From positions 1 through 26,575 of IMG/VR virus record IMGVR_UViG_3300032050_000692: a stretch of 26,575 nt of DNA; one strand, written 5' to 3'. Under the pieces are notes generated by a model, which ran no database searches, was not told the origin of the DNA, and saw only the letters and a program-made list of their open reading frames with translations. The stretch is from a virus (taxonomy: Duplodnaviria; Caudoviricetes). A program made the translations under genes and the position numbers. Below, piece by piece: positions 9,897 to 19,894 of this stretch. The stretch's first letter is position 1; each line of letters opens with the position of its first letter.

Positions 9897-9912
9897 CTAT
9901 AGTAGGTAGTTA

Positions 9913-11424
9913 TTATCTTTCAACAACTAAACGTAAATCAATTACTTTAGTTGGATCTTCGATCATCAAGCCACCCCATTTTTGGATGTGTACTTCGTAA
10001 CCATCTACACGGGAAGCTACCATTTTTGGCGAACCTTTACCTGCAGGTGAGAACGGATCACGCATACCAGGGATGTATGCCCAGTTGTAATCTGGAACTC
10101 CTTTTGGTTTAACGCGGTAGATACCAGCGTTATCACCATAGTCAAGAGCTAAGATACGGTGAGACTCAACAATACCTTTTCCATCTGGGTGACGTTGTGG
10201 GAAGTATACGTCATCATCGAAGAAATCAACGATTTCAACCATGATAGTAACTCCGTTGTACCACTCGTACACGTTCCACTGTGGCTCCATGAGACCTTTA
10301 GTGTTTTTACCACCAAGGTTACCTGGGTTAGTGTTAGATGTAAGGAATTTGTCAGAGATAACTGTAAATTTACCGCTACCAGATTTAGCATTGATTTGCT
10401 TAGAGATTTCAATTGCACCAAATTCACCTGTTAACAAGTGGATAGTACGTTTGCCACGCTCAAGTTTACCAACACCCATATCCAACAACAACTCTAAATG
10501 CCAATCAAGGTCATAAGTGTTATAGTAGTGTACGTTTGAAGGAGCGATTTGATCAAAGAAACCTGCACCAGATTCGATAGCATATTTAGTCTTATCGTCT
10601 TTGTTTAAGTACTTGTGATCAGAAGTCCAGTTTTTCTTACCGTACATCAACATACGAGCAAACATTTCTTCTGCTTGGTGGTGAGCTACCAAATCTTGGT
10701 AGTTAATCCAAATAGACTCAGTTTGTCCTTTGTAGTTAAAACCAAACTCAAGTGGTTCGTTTTTACCTTTGTTGATTGTGTTACCTGCTACTTCATACTC
10801 CATACGAAGTGTAGAAGGACGGTTTTCCATTCTCCAAGGAGAAGTGAAATAAGGCTTAGCACCTTGGTAAGAAAGTGTTGAAGGAGAAAGAGAGTAGAAC
10901 TTAGACCAACGTGTACCAATAGCCAATTCCTCAGAAGGAATAGTTTTGTTAGCGTTGTCAGTTACTAATTCAACTTCAAACTTGTAACGAGAACCAGCAT
11001 CCATAGCACGTTTTACCAAAAGATGGTAATCGTCTACTTCACCACGAAGAACGTTAGTTTCTTCGAAAAGTGGTTCGTCAAAGATTAAGTAGAAACGCTC
11101 ACCGTTTGAACCTACGTTAGCTGGGAATGTACCAGCAGAGATAGACAAACCGTTAATTGTTTCTGCATCAACTAGAGGCAAGTTTTTGTCGTGTTGACCT
11201 TGCAACATCCAGTTGTAGAATCCGTTTTCTTGTTCAACCTCTTTAACAGGGAAACGATCAACGAATTCACGTAATTTACCTTGAAGATTAGTTTTGTAAA
11301 TCTCTTTGATTACATTACTAATCAACTGCGGTTTTTGCTGATACAAAGAGTAGAAGTGATTATCAGTCACTAACCCGTTGTAATCTTTAGCCTCATACCG
11401 TTGTAGTGGAAGTAATTGAGCCAT
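9913..11424 (-). CDS. Major capsid protein, crAss-like
   Basis: 503 aa, strong codon bias, position after portal and scaffold; motifs LLTGEFG, YIPGMRDPF.P and DGYEVH....G..I.DP resemble crAss-like MCPs. Confidence 0.9.
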   Translation of the reverse strand: MAQLLPLQRYEAKDYNGLVTDNHFYSLYQQKPQLISNVIKEIYKTNLQGKLREFVDRFPVKEVEQENGFYNWMLQGQHDKNLPLVDAETINGLSISAGTFPANVGSNGERFYLIFDEPLFEETNVLRGEVDDYHLLVKRAMDAGSRYKFEVELVTDNANKTIPSEELAIGTRWSKFYSLSPSTLSYQGAKPYFTSPWRMENRPSTLRMEYEVAGNTINKGKNEPLEFGFNYKGQTESIWINYQDLVAHHQAEEMFARMLMYGKKNWTSDHKYLNKDDKTKYAIESGAGFFDQIAPSNVHYYNTYDLDWHLELLLDMGVGKLERGKRTIHLLTGEFGAIEISKQINAKSGSGKFTVISDKFLTSNTNPGNLGGKNTKGLMEPQWNVYEWYNGVTIMVEIVDFFDDDVYFPQRHPDGKGIVESHRILALDYGDNAGIYRVKPKGVPDYNWAYIPGMRDPFSPAGKGSPKMVASRVDGYEVHIQKWGGLMIEDPTKVIDLRLVVER

Positions 11425-11457
11425 TGTTTTTTGTTTTTATTTATTAGACGAATTGTG

Positions 11458-12627
11458 TTATTTCTTATTAAAAGCATTCTCAAGCATAGAAAGTAGACCC
11501 TGTGTTTTCTGTGAAGTTTCTACAGAAGTGTTACGTCCTACACCACGTTGTTCTTCAGCTGCAATAACTTTATCAAGTTCGTTGATTGCTGCTGTTTTTG
11601 CAACTGTTTTAAGTTTAGAGATATCAGGTTTAAACTTACCTTCTTTATCTAAGTTGAATAAACCTATTGTATCATAGTAATTAATCAACATTTCAAACTC
11701 AACAGGGTTGCGTTTTTGTTTATACATCAAGCTGTTGTACTCTACACCTGTTTCTGGATCCTTATGTACAGGATTCATAATATTGGCTTTAAGTTTATCT
11801 TTGGCAACCTTATTAAGATTTAAACCATCAATAAAAGCATCACGAGATTCAATGTTTTGTACAAGACTATCAAACATTTTAGTCTGCGCTTCTTGCTCAG
11901 CTTTTGTTTTAGTTTCTTTTTCAAGACGCGCACTTTCTACTACTTGATTAGCTTGTTGACGAAGTTCAGGAATTGCTTTTAAAGACTTTTCTTGTAACTT
12001 GTTCATTTGCTCAGCATCATTAATAGCTTCTACCGCATCTTGATCACTAAAGTTTTTAGATTTTAGAAGCTCATAGTAAATCTGTTTTTGAAGATTTACA
12101 TCTGATTTTACTGCTTCTGCATCTACTGTATCAAAGAACTCTAATCGTTGGGCCATTAATATTGCTTGGTCCGTAGCATCAAAAGCATCTTCTATTTCTA
12201 AAAAACGCTTTTTAGTAGGGTCTAAATTTCTTTTCCAGTTTTCTTGAGTTTGTTTAACTCCAGTTTCAACTGTTTTAGAAACTAATTCCTTAATTGTATC
12301 TAGAGTACCTGGTAACTCATCTAACTTTTCTACCTCTTCTACTGTTAAAACTCCTGCAGTAACTAACTCTTTCATCAGAGCTTTGTAAACTGCTTCGTTT
12401 TTAGTAATAGTTTCAGTAGTGTCAGGTTTATCTGGTACTACTTTATTTTCGCCAGCACCTTCTCCTGTTTCAGTTGTTACTGGTGTAAATAATGTTGCAG
12501 GTTCATTATTTTCCGTTGCTTGACCTGCATTAGTATCTTCTTCTCCTTTTGTTTGACTGTCTACAGCCTTGTTTAATTCTTCAGGCGACATTATCTGTAG
12601 CCCTTCAAATAATTCATTATTCTCCAT
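11458..12627 (-). CDS. Putative capsid scaffolding protein (gene 77-like)
   Basis: Acidic disordered N-terminus and coiled-coil body, located between portal and MCP. Confidence 0.65.
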   Translation of the reverse strand: MENNELFEGLQIMSPEELNKAVDSQTKGEEDTNAGQATENNEPATLFTPVTTETGEGAGENKVVPDKPDTTETITKNEAVYKALMKELVTAGVLTVEEVEKLDELPGTLDTIKELVSKTVETGVKQTQENWKRNLDPTKKRFLEIEDAFDATDQAILMAQRLEFFDTVDAEAVKSDVNLQKQIYYELLKSKNFSDQDAVEAINDAEQMNKLQEKSLKAIPELRQQANQVVESARLEKETKTKAEQEAQTKMFDSLVQNIESRDAFIDGLNLNKVAKDKLKANIMNPVHKDPETGVEYNSLMYKQKRNPVEFEMLINYYDTIGLFNLDKEGKFKPDISKLKTVAKTAAINELDKVIAAEEQRGVGRNTSVETSQKTQGLLSMLENAFNKK

Positions 12628-12648
12628 TTTGCTGTCGTTAATTGGTTA

Positions 12649-12711
12649 CAATATTAAAATTATTTTTATAAATAGGGCCTAGAATCTTTATGAGAGCTTC
12701 TATGGCCCTAT
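12649..12711 (-). promoter_or_regulatory. Hairpin after the portal gene followed by a near-consensus -7 element (TAATATTG) for the capsid operon
   Basis: ATAGGGCC-TAGAA/TTCTA-GGCCCTAT inverted repeat at 12672-12711; TAATATTG at 12656-12649 has one mismatch to TAnnTTTG. Confidence 0.55.
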
Positions 12712-12717
12712 AGCTTT

Positions 12718-15180
12718 TTATTTACTCTGTGTGCTTTGAGTCTTTTTAATGTTGAGTTCTTTTGCTTTAAGTTCTTCTGCTACAAGATTAGCACGAGTCT
12801 TTTCTGCAAGTTCTTCTTCTTTTAAACGAATCTGATTAATCTTGTAATTTTCATCGATATCTGTACGGCGTATGTCTATATAATCATCAATACCGTTTTT
12901 ATCAGTATCTACGCGATCTTGCTCTAAACCATTAGCTCTAGCATCACGAACATCAGCACCTATTTCTTTAATCTTAGCAATCTCTAAGTTAGTTGCCATT
13001 TTTTCGCGTTCAATGTTAACAACATCATTATGACGTTTAACTTCAAAGTCAAGAAGTGCTTGCTTAGCTTGGTTGTCCATTTGTGCTGCTTCTTGTGCTT
13101 GTTTAAGTTTGGCTTCTTCCATTTTGTTAGTTTCCTCCTTAATACGTTCAGCAGAATCTTGAAGACGGCGAGCAATGTCTTGTACAGATTCAGATTGAGA
13201 AATAGCAATAAGATCGGAGATAGTAGCTTGACCGTTTTGAATAGCAGCTTGAGAAAGTGCGCGCAAATCTTCGTAAAGTTTAGTATCGTTGGTAGAGTTA
13301 GATACGTGTAGATCATAATCTGTAGAAACAAATTCATCAAATTGTGTAACAAACTCTTGACCCATATCGTCAAGTAGGAATTGTCCCTTTTTAGGATTAG
13401 ATTTGTAAGCAAACTTACAGCACTCTAAAAACTTAGTAAGTACTCTTTTACGGAAGTTAGCATCAATAGCAAACCACTTTTCAGTAATATGTGATATCTG
13501 TGTAACTTCTTGGTTAACGTTAGATACTGCCGCACGCTCTTGTACCTGTCCTTCACGCGCACCTGATACACCTGCTAATTTTCCAAGTGTGTTTTCAATG
13601 TCAAGCAGTAGGTTAGTGTACATGCCGATGGCGTTAGGGTCGCCCATCTGAATTTGTTGAGCAGTTAACTGGTTAAATGCGCCAGCAGATTTACCCTGTG
13701 ATGGGCCTTTGAGAATTTCGTTAGTAGGATCCAACCATGCAAATTTATTAATAGTCACATAGCGCATCCACTCTTTAGGATCCCAACCTGAAGGAATAAG
13801 AGAAGAGTTAATAGCAGTAAAGGACCCCTTGTATGTAGCGATCTCTAGTTCGCGCTTGTAGTAGGCGATGTCATAAGAATAAGCAAGAGGCTTCATCACG
13901 TCCATGAGAGATTGGACTTTGTAATCATTGGTAGAGTTAACAGACCCTACATACGGAGGGGTGCCTTTAGATTTGTTTACTAATGATTTTGATGCATAAG
14001 GTACAGGACGCATAAGTGTATAAATATGGTCGGCAATTTTTGTACCTTCCATCCACTCATTGACCCAGATCCACTTAACAGTCTCTCCTAATTCTTTTTT
14101 AGGTCGATAGTCTTCGGGAACATAGTCTTTTTGTTCTTGTCCGTCTTCATCAAAATATGTTAATTCTCCAATTTTACGACGTGATCTCCAGCATACTTTT
14201 AATACACGGACATTACCATATGTATCAAAAGCACCTGCAAATGTTCGTGTTCCCATCTCATTAGGATGGAATATATTCATTGCTCCTTGTTCTCCGTAGT
14301 AATCATACACCGAGATATCACGATTGAGACCAATACCGCCACCTGTTCCAAGTGACGCATCTACTTTACCATTTTCTAAGAAATCAATATCAGCAGGTTC
14401 TAGTGTATCCCAATAGTCATCAATTACTTGGCCAATAGATTTGTAGCCATACTCTACAATAATGTCAGCATCCTCAATATACATTGAGTTGCCTCCCATA
14501 GTATAAAGGTTCATTGGGTTTACTCGACGCATAACAGGATTACCGCCTAGTACTCCACAATACATAATTTCTTCGCCTCCAACTAATAAGTCTTCAAAAG
14601 TTTTAAGGAAAGTAAAATCAAAGTCACCTTCTTTGTATTCTTTCTTGAGAATCTTGTTAGCTACTGTTTCTGCAATATCCTGATACTCATACTTGCGATA
14701 GTGCTCAAATTGTTTTAGTCTTTTTTGAATCTCCTCTTCTGTAAGCGATGTACTCATGATCATTTCGCTAGTGATCTTTTTGAGTTCATCCATAAGACCC
14801 ATTTCTTTACGGCCGATAGCTTCAGAATCATTAGAAGAGATATAAGCTTTAAACTCTTTACGTCGTTGAGAGTATTCGCCAAGTAGTAAATTAATCTTAG
14901 TATTCTCAATGCCGATATGTTGAAAGCTAGCAGGTAAAGATTCTAGATCTAGATTATCAGGGTTAATAAACTTTTCAAAATCTTTAGTATTGATTATATT
15001 AGCTCTAAGATTATAATTAGTCTTTTTGTTCTTAAAGTTAGAACGTAGATTAACATCAGAGGTGAGCAAGTGCTCTGCAAAGTCCATGTTTTTCTTATAC
15101 CAGTAATCGGTCTTTTCTTTGTCAGACAGTTTCTGACGAGGGAAACTGATATATCCTTGAATCTTTACAGGTGCGCTCAT
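12718..15180 (-). CDS. Portal protein, crAss-like
   Basis: 820 aa directly after the terminase; P.QKL...EK..W start, KINLLLGE...R, W.WVNEW.EG.KI, GVS..REGQ, coiled-coil C-terminal barrel. Confidence 0.9.
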   Translation of the reverse strand: MSAPVKIQGYISFPRQKLSDKEKTDYWYKKNMDFAEHLLTSDVNLRSNFKNKKTNYNLRANIINTKDFEKFINPDNLDLESLPASFQHIGIENTKINLLLGEYSQRRKEFKAYISSNDSEAIGRKEMGLMDELKKITSEMIMSTSLTEEEIQKRLKQFEHYRKYEYQDIAETVANKILKKEYKEGDFDFTFLKTFEDLLVGGEEIMYCGVLGGNPVMRRVNPMNLYTMGGNSMYIEDADIIVEYGYKSIGQVIDDYWDTLEPADIDFLENGKVDASLGTGGGIGLNRDISVYDYYGEQGAMNIFHPNEMGTRTFAGAFDTYGNVRVLKVCWRSRRKIGELTYFDEDGQEQKDYVPEDYRPKKELGETVKWIWVNEWMEGTKIADHIYTLMRPVPYASKSLVNKSKGTPPYVGSVNSTNDYKVQSLMDVMKPLAYSYDIAYYKRELEIATYKGSFTAINSSLIPSGWDPKEWMRYVTINKFAWLDPTNEILKGPSQGKSAGAFNQLTAQQIQMGDPNAIGMYTNLLLDIENTLGKLAGVSGAREGQVQERAAVSNVNQEVTQISHITEKWFAIDANFRKRVLTKFLECCKFAYKSNPKKGQFLLDDMGQEFVTQFDEFVSTDYDLHVSNSTNDTKLYEDLRALSQAAIQNGQATISDLIAISQSESVQDIARRLQDSAERIKEETNKMEEAKLKQAQEAAQMDNQAKQALLDFEVKRHNDVVNIEREKMATNLEIAKIKEIGADVRDARANGLEQDRVDTDKNGIDDYIDIRRTDIDENYKINQIRLKEEELAEKTRANLVAEELKAKELNIKKTQSTQSK

Positions 15181-15201
15181 AATAATTTTTTAACTAAGAT
15201 A

Positions 15202-15230
15202 CAAATCTATGAATAAAAATTTGAATCAAA
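15202..15230 (-). promoter_or_regulatory. Bacteroidota promoter TTTG-N17-TAGATTTG upstream of the portal gene
   Basis: Exact TAnnTTTG at 15209-15202 overlapping the terminase TAG; TTTG at 15230-15227. Confidence 0.65.
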
Positions 15231-17378
15231 TGTAGTAGGTATTTTCTTTTTTATTACACCCATTTTTTCAAAGTAGGGATCATCTAAGAAAGTTTTTACT
15301 TCTTCTACGCGTTGAGTTACTTCTTTATACATAGTAGAATCTAACCACATTAACATAATTAACGCAGAAACTCTATCAAAGTTTCCATCAGGGTTCCACA
15401 TAATTAACTCTGTAATAATACCAGAAGAATAAATTGTCTCATATACGCGGGTCTCAGACACAGTAGATATTCTTTCTTGTAGCCAAGACTTAATCATATT
15501 ACGTCCTTCTGAGTTAATAGCACCAGATGCGTTAATACCTTTAGATGTGTTAGTACCTGCTTTATAAGTATCTGTAGATCGTAACTGATAAGGAGTTTCT
15601 GCTAAAAGATACGTACATTTCATCTGGTCAAAATAATTATAAAGCCCGATGAGGTTTTTCTCATACATACCCACAGCGTTGTAGTATAATAATAACTTAC
15701 GACATGTTTCGTAGAAGTCCTTAGCCTCACCTGTACGGCCTGTATACTCTGCTACTATTTGTCTAGTAAGTCTATTCATTATTAGTATACAAGGGAGAGA
15801 GTCTGTGGTTGACTTATCTTTATCAACAACGTCGATTCCTGCTATGTAGGTACCACGAGGTATAATCCCATCAGGATTTCTTTGTGGCTTAACCCAGATT
15901 TCTATACAGCCCCGCTTGTCATCATTTTTACTGAGTGGATATTTTCTAATAGGAGTAGCATCTTGCTCTGTGTAAAACTCTGGTTCGTTTTTAGTATTAA
16001 AACTGATGTGTCCTTTAAAGCTAGCCTCTTGGTATTTTTTATATTTACCGCCCTCTACTTCAGCAAGTTGTTCTTTGAGTAGTAAGGTAGGAAAGAAAGC
16101 GCCTTCGAGTACCAAGAAAGCCTCGGATGGTACTTCAGGACCGTTGATGATTTCTGTTTGATATACAGTAGGGTCTGGTGATTTTTTAGCCGTAGTACGT
16201 TTGTCTTCAATGTATAGTTTAGCTAGATCTAAATCTGTGATGTAGTCCTCTGTTTTTTTAAACTCATTAAGAGTGAGTCTGTATGGTACAAAATAACCTA
16301 TGTTGCCACGGTTTTCAAAGATATCCTCAAAGATTAAGCAGTTATAATCTTGAGGATTACGAAATACGGACTCTGCATAGAGTGCTGCTCTACCAGATAC
16401 AAGACCGCCTGTTCCTAAAGCCCAGATAACTAAGCTTTTCTTGGCCTTTGATGCTTGTGTTGCTTCAATAGCACCCCAAGATTCTTTAAGGTTGTACATG
16501 AAACCTACCTCATCGAGAATACACAGGTTAGGACGAGTACCGTTAGCTGCAAGTGGGTTATCTTTAAAAGATCGGTGGCGTAATACCGACCCTGTACCTG
16601 TTGTACCTTCTCGGTTAGGCATTAGAGAACCCGTATAAGTAGTAGCTAGTGGTGAAGGGTATTTATCGTCTCCCATTTCAAAGCTACCTGGCAAAAGTGT
16701 TAAGGCAGTTTGAATCTTCTTCATTAGCGGCACGGTATACTTAGTATCAATCGCCCCAATGATAGTATCAGATGCTAGAAATTGCTTAGCTTTCTTACGT
16801 TCTAGATAGTCATCATAGTCAGTAGCACCATCAAAAAGAAAGTTATGGGCGGCAATACCTGATGAGGAGTAGGATTTACCTGAACCACGAGCCTGAATAC
16901 TGATTAAATGCTGTGCAGAGTTACGATATAAGGGTTTGCCTAGGTTTTTTGGGTGGATTCTGCGTAGATATTCTCTAGCAGGAATGTAAGTTTTAGAATT
17001 AGCCTCAGCTTCTGTGATACGCTGTAGTTTAATGGCCATCTCTTTCTCTGGGCCATACTTTCTGTCGCATGTGAAAGCAGTATCTTCACTAAAACCAGAG
17101 AATCCACGACATTCTTCATATATCAAAAACAACTCCCAATCGATGTCGCGTAGAAACGGTAGACCAAAGGCCTGGGAAACTGAAGTGTCGTCTTCAAACT
17201 GAATGTTATGAAAGTTTATGTAATAATAAAGAGGTCCAGGCATCCACTTACCACCGACCCAATAACCTTCTATACACTTGCGTTTCTCATCTCTCCAAAA
17301 AGAAACACGATCATAGTATTCTAACTCTGGATGGAAGTTAGGAATCTCCTTGAGCCTAAAGTTAGAATTGTTTATCAT
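15207..17378 (-). CDS. terL: Terminase large subunit
   Basis: Walker A QARGSGKS, Walker B CILDEVG, coupling motif GTGG, nuclease YIAGID and GNFDRVSA; FW..EKRKC.EGY N-terminus typical of crAss-like TerL. Confidence 0.93.
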   Translation of the reverse strand: MINNSNFRLKEIPNFHPELEYYDRVSFWRDEKRKCIEGYWVGGKWMPGPLYYYINFHNIQFEDDTSVSQAFGLPFLRDIDWELFLIYEECRGFSGFSEDTAFTCDRKYGPEKEMAIKLQRITEAEANSKTYIPAREYLRRIHPKNLGKPLYRNSAQHLISIQARGSGKSYSSSGIAAHNFLFDGATDYDDYLERKKAKQFLASDTIIGAIDTKYTVPLMKKIQTALTLLPGSFEMGDDKYPSPLATTYTGSLMPNREGTTGTGSVLRHRSFKDNPLAANGTRPNLCILDEVGFMYNLKESWGAIEATQASKAKKSLVIWALGTGGLVSGRAALYAESVFRNPQDYNCLIFEDIFENRGNIGYFVPYRLTLNEFKKTEDYITDLDLAKLYIEDKRTTAKKSPDPTVYQTEIINGPEVPSEAFLVLEGAFFPTLLLKEQLAEVEGGKYKKYQEASFKGHISFNTKNEPEFYTEQDATPIRKYPLSKNDDKRGCIEIWVKPQRNPDGIIPRGTYIAGIDVVDKDKSTTDSLPCILIMNRLTRQIVAEYTGRTGEAKDFYETCRKLLLYYNAVGMYEKNLIGLYNYFDQMKCTYLLAETPYQLRSTDTYKAGTNTSKGINASGAINSEGRNMIKSWLQERISTVSETRVYETIYSSGIITELIMWNPDGNFDRVSALIMLMWLDSTMYKEVTQRVEEVKTFLDDPYFEKMGVIKKKIPTTFDSNFYS

Positions 17379-17379
17379 G

Positions 17380-17901
17380 TTAAATTTCTCCTGAATCTGT
17401 TAATGATGCAATATTTTTGCCCTTACGTGTAGTCTTGTCTTCGTCGTATTCTTGTTTAATCTTTTTATAATCCTGAAACAGCTTAGCTGTGTTAGCTAAC
17501 ATCTTATCTAGCTCTACTAATTCTTTGAGATTTCTTTCTAAGATAGCATCTTTATACATGTTCTTCAAAGATTCATCCCGAACATTCATAATTTCTGTCC
17601 AATTAACAAGACCGCGTTCTGCTGGAGTTAGTACTAACTCTTTATAAGTAAATACTTGTTGGCGTAAAGTATCCCAATTAAATTCTGGGTCTTTAAGAAA
17701 GTCTTTAGCTAAGACGTATAGCTTGTTAGGAATATTAAAAAACTTAGACTCTGGATTGTAAGCATAATAAATAGCCCACATTTTACGTGAGCTTTCTAAT
17801 TTGTTTTTGCTTTTATCTCGATAATGCAACTCGTTAAAACTATCTAGCATTACTAACTCAGGATAGGTATCCCAAAAACTAAAGTCGTGGAGAGCTTTCA
17901 T
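17380..17901 (-). CDS. Conserved protein, candidate terminase small subunit
   Basis: Directly upstream of TerL; helical, with RDKSKNK..S motif and C-terminal RKG. Function inferred from position. Confidence 0.5.
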   Translation of the reverse strand: MKALHDFSFWDTYPELVMLDSFNELHYRDKSKNKLESSRKMWAIYYAYNPESKFFNIPNKLYVLAKDFLKDPEFNWDTLRQQVFTYKELVLTPAERGLVNWTEIMNVRDESLKNMYKDAILERNLKELVELDKMLANTAKLFQDYKKIKQEYDEDKTTRKGKNIASLTDSGEI

Positions 17902-18173
17902 TATTTTACTCCGTGTGTTTGAGTGTAAATAGTAGACAGTTTATCGTAAAGTTCTCCGTGACTATATGTACATAAGAATTCTGTACCTCCACTAAATACT
18001 ATAGTATAATCTCCATAAGGAGTTTTAAAAGGAGAAATAGCGTTGATAGTAAAAAACGTAGTAAACGTAGGCTCTAAACTATCATTAATTAGTTCTTCTA
18101 TTTTTAAACTATTATCCGTTATCTCTATGTCTTCAGGAAACGGAACTGTCGGTAGGGTTATCTTGAGTATCAT
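17901..18173 (-). CDS. Hypothetical protein
   Basis: 90 aa; TAATG overlap with the next gene. Confidence 0.7.
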   Translation of the reverse strand: MILKITLPTVPFPEDIEITDNSLKIEELINDSLEPTFTTFFTINAISPFKTPYGDYTIVFSGGTEFLCTYSHGELYDKLSTIYTQTHGVK

Positions 18174-18429
18174 CAGTTTTATTTTTATCTATGCAATAAT
18201 TAGCGTAATTGATTCTTTTTTTGTTAGGTATAAATTTACCAAAATGCTCTATGTGAATTACAGGAAATTTATCTAAGACAAACTTGTTATCTTCTCCACG
18301 ATGGTTAGAACTAATATGTTTAGCAATAGTAAAGCCAAAACTAGCCCAAATTTCTTCTGCTTGAGTAAGAGTTAGACCATGGCGTTGTGCTGTAGCTATT
18401 AGCAAATCACGTTGTCTAGAGTTCTTCAT
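18133..18429 (-). CDS. IHF/HU-like DNA-binding protein (divergent)
   Basis: Two helices (LLIATAQRHGLTLTQAEEI) followed by VIHIEHFGKF, resembling the HU/IHF V.I.GFG.F strand. Confidence 0.65.
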   Translation of the reverse strand: MKNSRQRDLLIATAQRHGLTLTQAEEIWASFGFTIAKHISSNHRGEDNKFVLDKFPVIHIEHFGKFIPNKKRINYANYCIDKNKTDDTQDNPTDSSVS

Positions 18430-19018
18430 CAGGCGGAGTTAAGCTAAAATCAAATTGTTCTTCTTCAATCACAGGAGCTTTAGATGCATCATGCTGATAT
18501 TCAGTAGGTGGAGTTACTTCTCCACCCCATACCATATTTTCCAGTACTTTAGTATCTTGCTCTGCTTGTTCTATCATAGCTTCTCCAAGTGTTTCGTTAA
18601 AAGACTTTTCAGGAGCAGTAGTAGGTATAGAAGGGGTTTCTGTCATCACAAGGTTTACTTCAATACGAAAGCCGTCTTGATCAGGTTTGTACCTAAGCTC
18701 TTGATGTAAAAGATTATTATCATCTATCAAAGGCTTATTAAACAAAAGTTTCTTTTTAAGTCTAGAGATGATAACATTAAACTGCTTCTCTTCTATCTTA
18801 ACAAGTTCTCTCATCTCTTTACGCATATCAGTAGACAAGATAAACTTAGCACGTTTCTCTTCAGGAAGAGCTGCGTACTCGTTATCTAATCTAATAATCT
18901 CTGCTAAAACATCACGCTCTTGTGGCGTAAGGTTTAGCATGAAGTTCATGAACGCAAGGATCTGCTTATAGATCTTGTTTTGGTTCGTCGGTAGTGAAAT
19001 TACTTTGCGTTGCTTCAT
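18416..19018 (-). CDS. Putative winged-helix DNA-binding protein with acidic tail
   Basis: LTPQERDVLAEII...MRELVKI....FNVIISRLKKK pattern; Pro/Glu-rich C-terminus. Confidence 0.55.
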   Translation of the reverse strand: MKQRKVISLPTNQNKIYKQILAFMNFMLNLTPQERDVLAEIIRLDNEYAALPEEKRAKFILSTDMRKEMRELVKIEEKQFNVIISRLKKKLLFNKPLIDDNNLLHQELRYKPDQDGFRIEVNLVMTETPSIPTTAPEKSFNETLGEAMIEQAEQDTKVLENMVWGGEVTPPTEYQHDASKAPVIEEEQFDFSLTPPDEEL

Positions 19019-19388
19019 CGATAATTTGTTTTTGTAATTCTTCGTCCGTGTTCATCATCTTACCCACTTGAAGCCAAGTAAATACAGAGGTCTCTGTAAA
19101 TGCTGCAATTACTTCTACTAACACATGGTACTCCATATTCTTAGCATCAATACCAGCAGGCCGTGGATATCTAAACTGTTGGATAATAACTTCAGGGTAA
19201 GCAGCTTCTTTTACCATAATGTCTACATGCCAAGCTTTAAATCCTTCTGTTTCTTCTGTAGCCTCTACTTCTACGGGGTAAGATTTGTAAGTAAATTGCA
19301 AACCGTATTGTTGTGCGCGATTAGTAGCTAGCATAAAAGTGTTTGCTAGTACCTCTTTAATCACTTGTAGTTTCTCCGTTGTTCCCAT
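18966..19388 (-). CDS. Hypothetical protein
   Basis: 140-aa co-oriented ORF overlapping both neighbours. Confidence 0.7.
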   Translation of the reverse strand: MGTTEKLQVIKEVLANTFMLATNRAQQYGLQFTYKSYPVEVEATEETEGFKAWHVDIMVKEAAYPEVIIQQFRYPRPAGIDAKNMEYHVLVEVIAAFTETSVFTWLQVGKMMNTDEELQKQIIDEATQSNFTTDEPKQDL

Positions 19389-19569
19389 TATTATTAATTT
19401 TAAATTGTAAAGTAAAAAGAGCGGCCCCAGTAGTGCTGGTAGAGATAAAATATTCTACTTCTAAATTCTTACTGTGCTGTCTACAGTAAGTATTAAATTT
19501 TTCCACCAGGGCTTCCTCCCGTTTGAATAGTTCTTCTAGACTATTTGATCTTAATTCTCCAATCTCCAT
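19357..19569 (-). CDS. Hypothetical protein
   Basis: 70 aa; TGATG coupling with the upstream gene. Confidence 0.65.
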   Translation of the reverse strand: MEIGELRSNSLEELFKREEALVEKFNTYCRQHSKNLEVEYFISTSTTGAALFTLQFKINNNGNNGETTSD

Positions 19570-19838
19570 CAGCAGTCCAAAAAATAATCAGGAAGCTTAT
19601 ACTTCCCTCTCTGTATTTTAATTAACAACCCTCGTTCTCGTAACGATGCTATCATTTTTTCTAAGGCAGGTAAAGATACATTAAGCTCCTCAACGATGAG
19701 GTTCTTGTTAAAGTTATCTGCGTACCATATGTTAGCGTATAGGTCTGCCTGTTGAATAATGTAATATAAAGCATGAAAGCTCGTATCGTTTGCTTTAAGC
19801 AAGATGCTGTCTTTTGTGTCAAGATAAACTAGTATCAT
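19569..19838 (-). CDS. Small winged-helix (RepL-like) protein
   Basis: IVEELNVSLPALEKMIASLRERGLLIKIQRGKYKL is an HTH-plus-wing pattern. Confidence 0.65.
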   Translation of the reverse strand: MILVYLDTKDSILLKANDTSFHALYYIIQQADLYANIWYADNFNKNLIVEELNVSLPALEKMIASLRERGLLIKIQRGKYKLPDYFLDC

Positions 19839-19842
19839 GACG

Positions 19843-19850
19843 CAAATATA
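19843..19850 (-). promoter_or_regulatory. -7 element TATATTTG
   Basis: Exact TAnnTTTG 4 nt before the ATG at 19838. Confidence 0.65.
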
Positions 19851-19894
19851 TAAATAATTTAGAATAACAGAATATATTCTATAAATTATTATAA

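Noticed and set aside
12886-12912. DTDKNGIDD EF-hand-like loop in the portal C-terminus
   Set aside because: A single short motif that I believe is common in crAss-like portals; no evidence of novelty.
9913-17378. Introns or inteins in TerL, portal or MCP
   Set aside because: ORFs are continuous and of ordinary size, with no intein or homing endonuclease motifs seen.
959-19331. Short opposite-strand or alternate-frame ORFs inside structural genes (for example 2060, 3255, 7774, 10149-10881, 12984, 16441, 18455)
   Set aside because: They are shadows of long, motif-supported genes and have no recognisable features.
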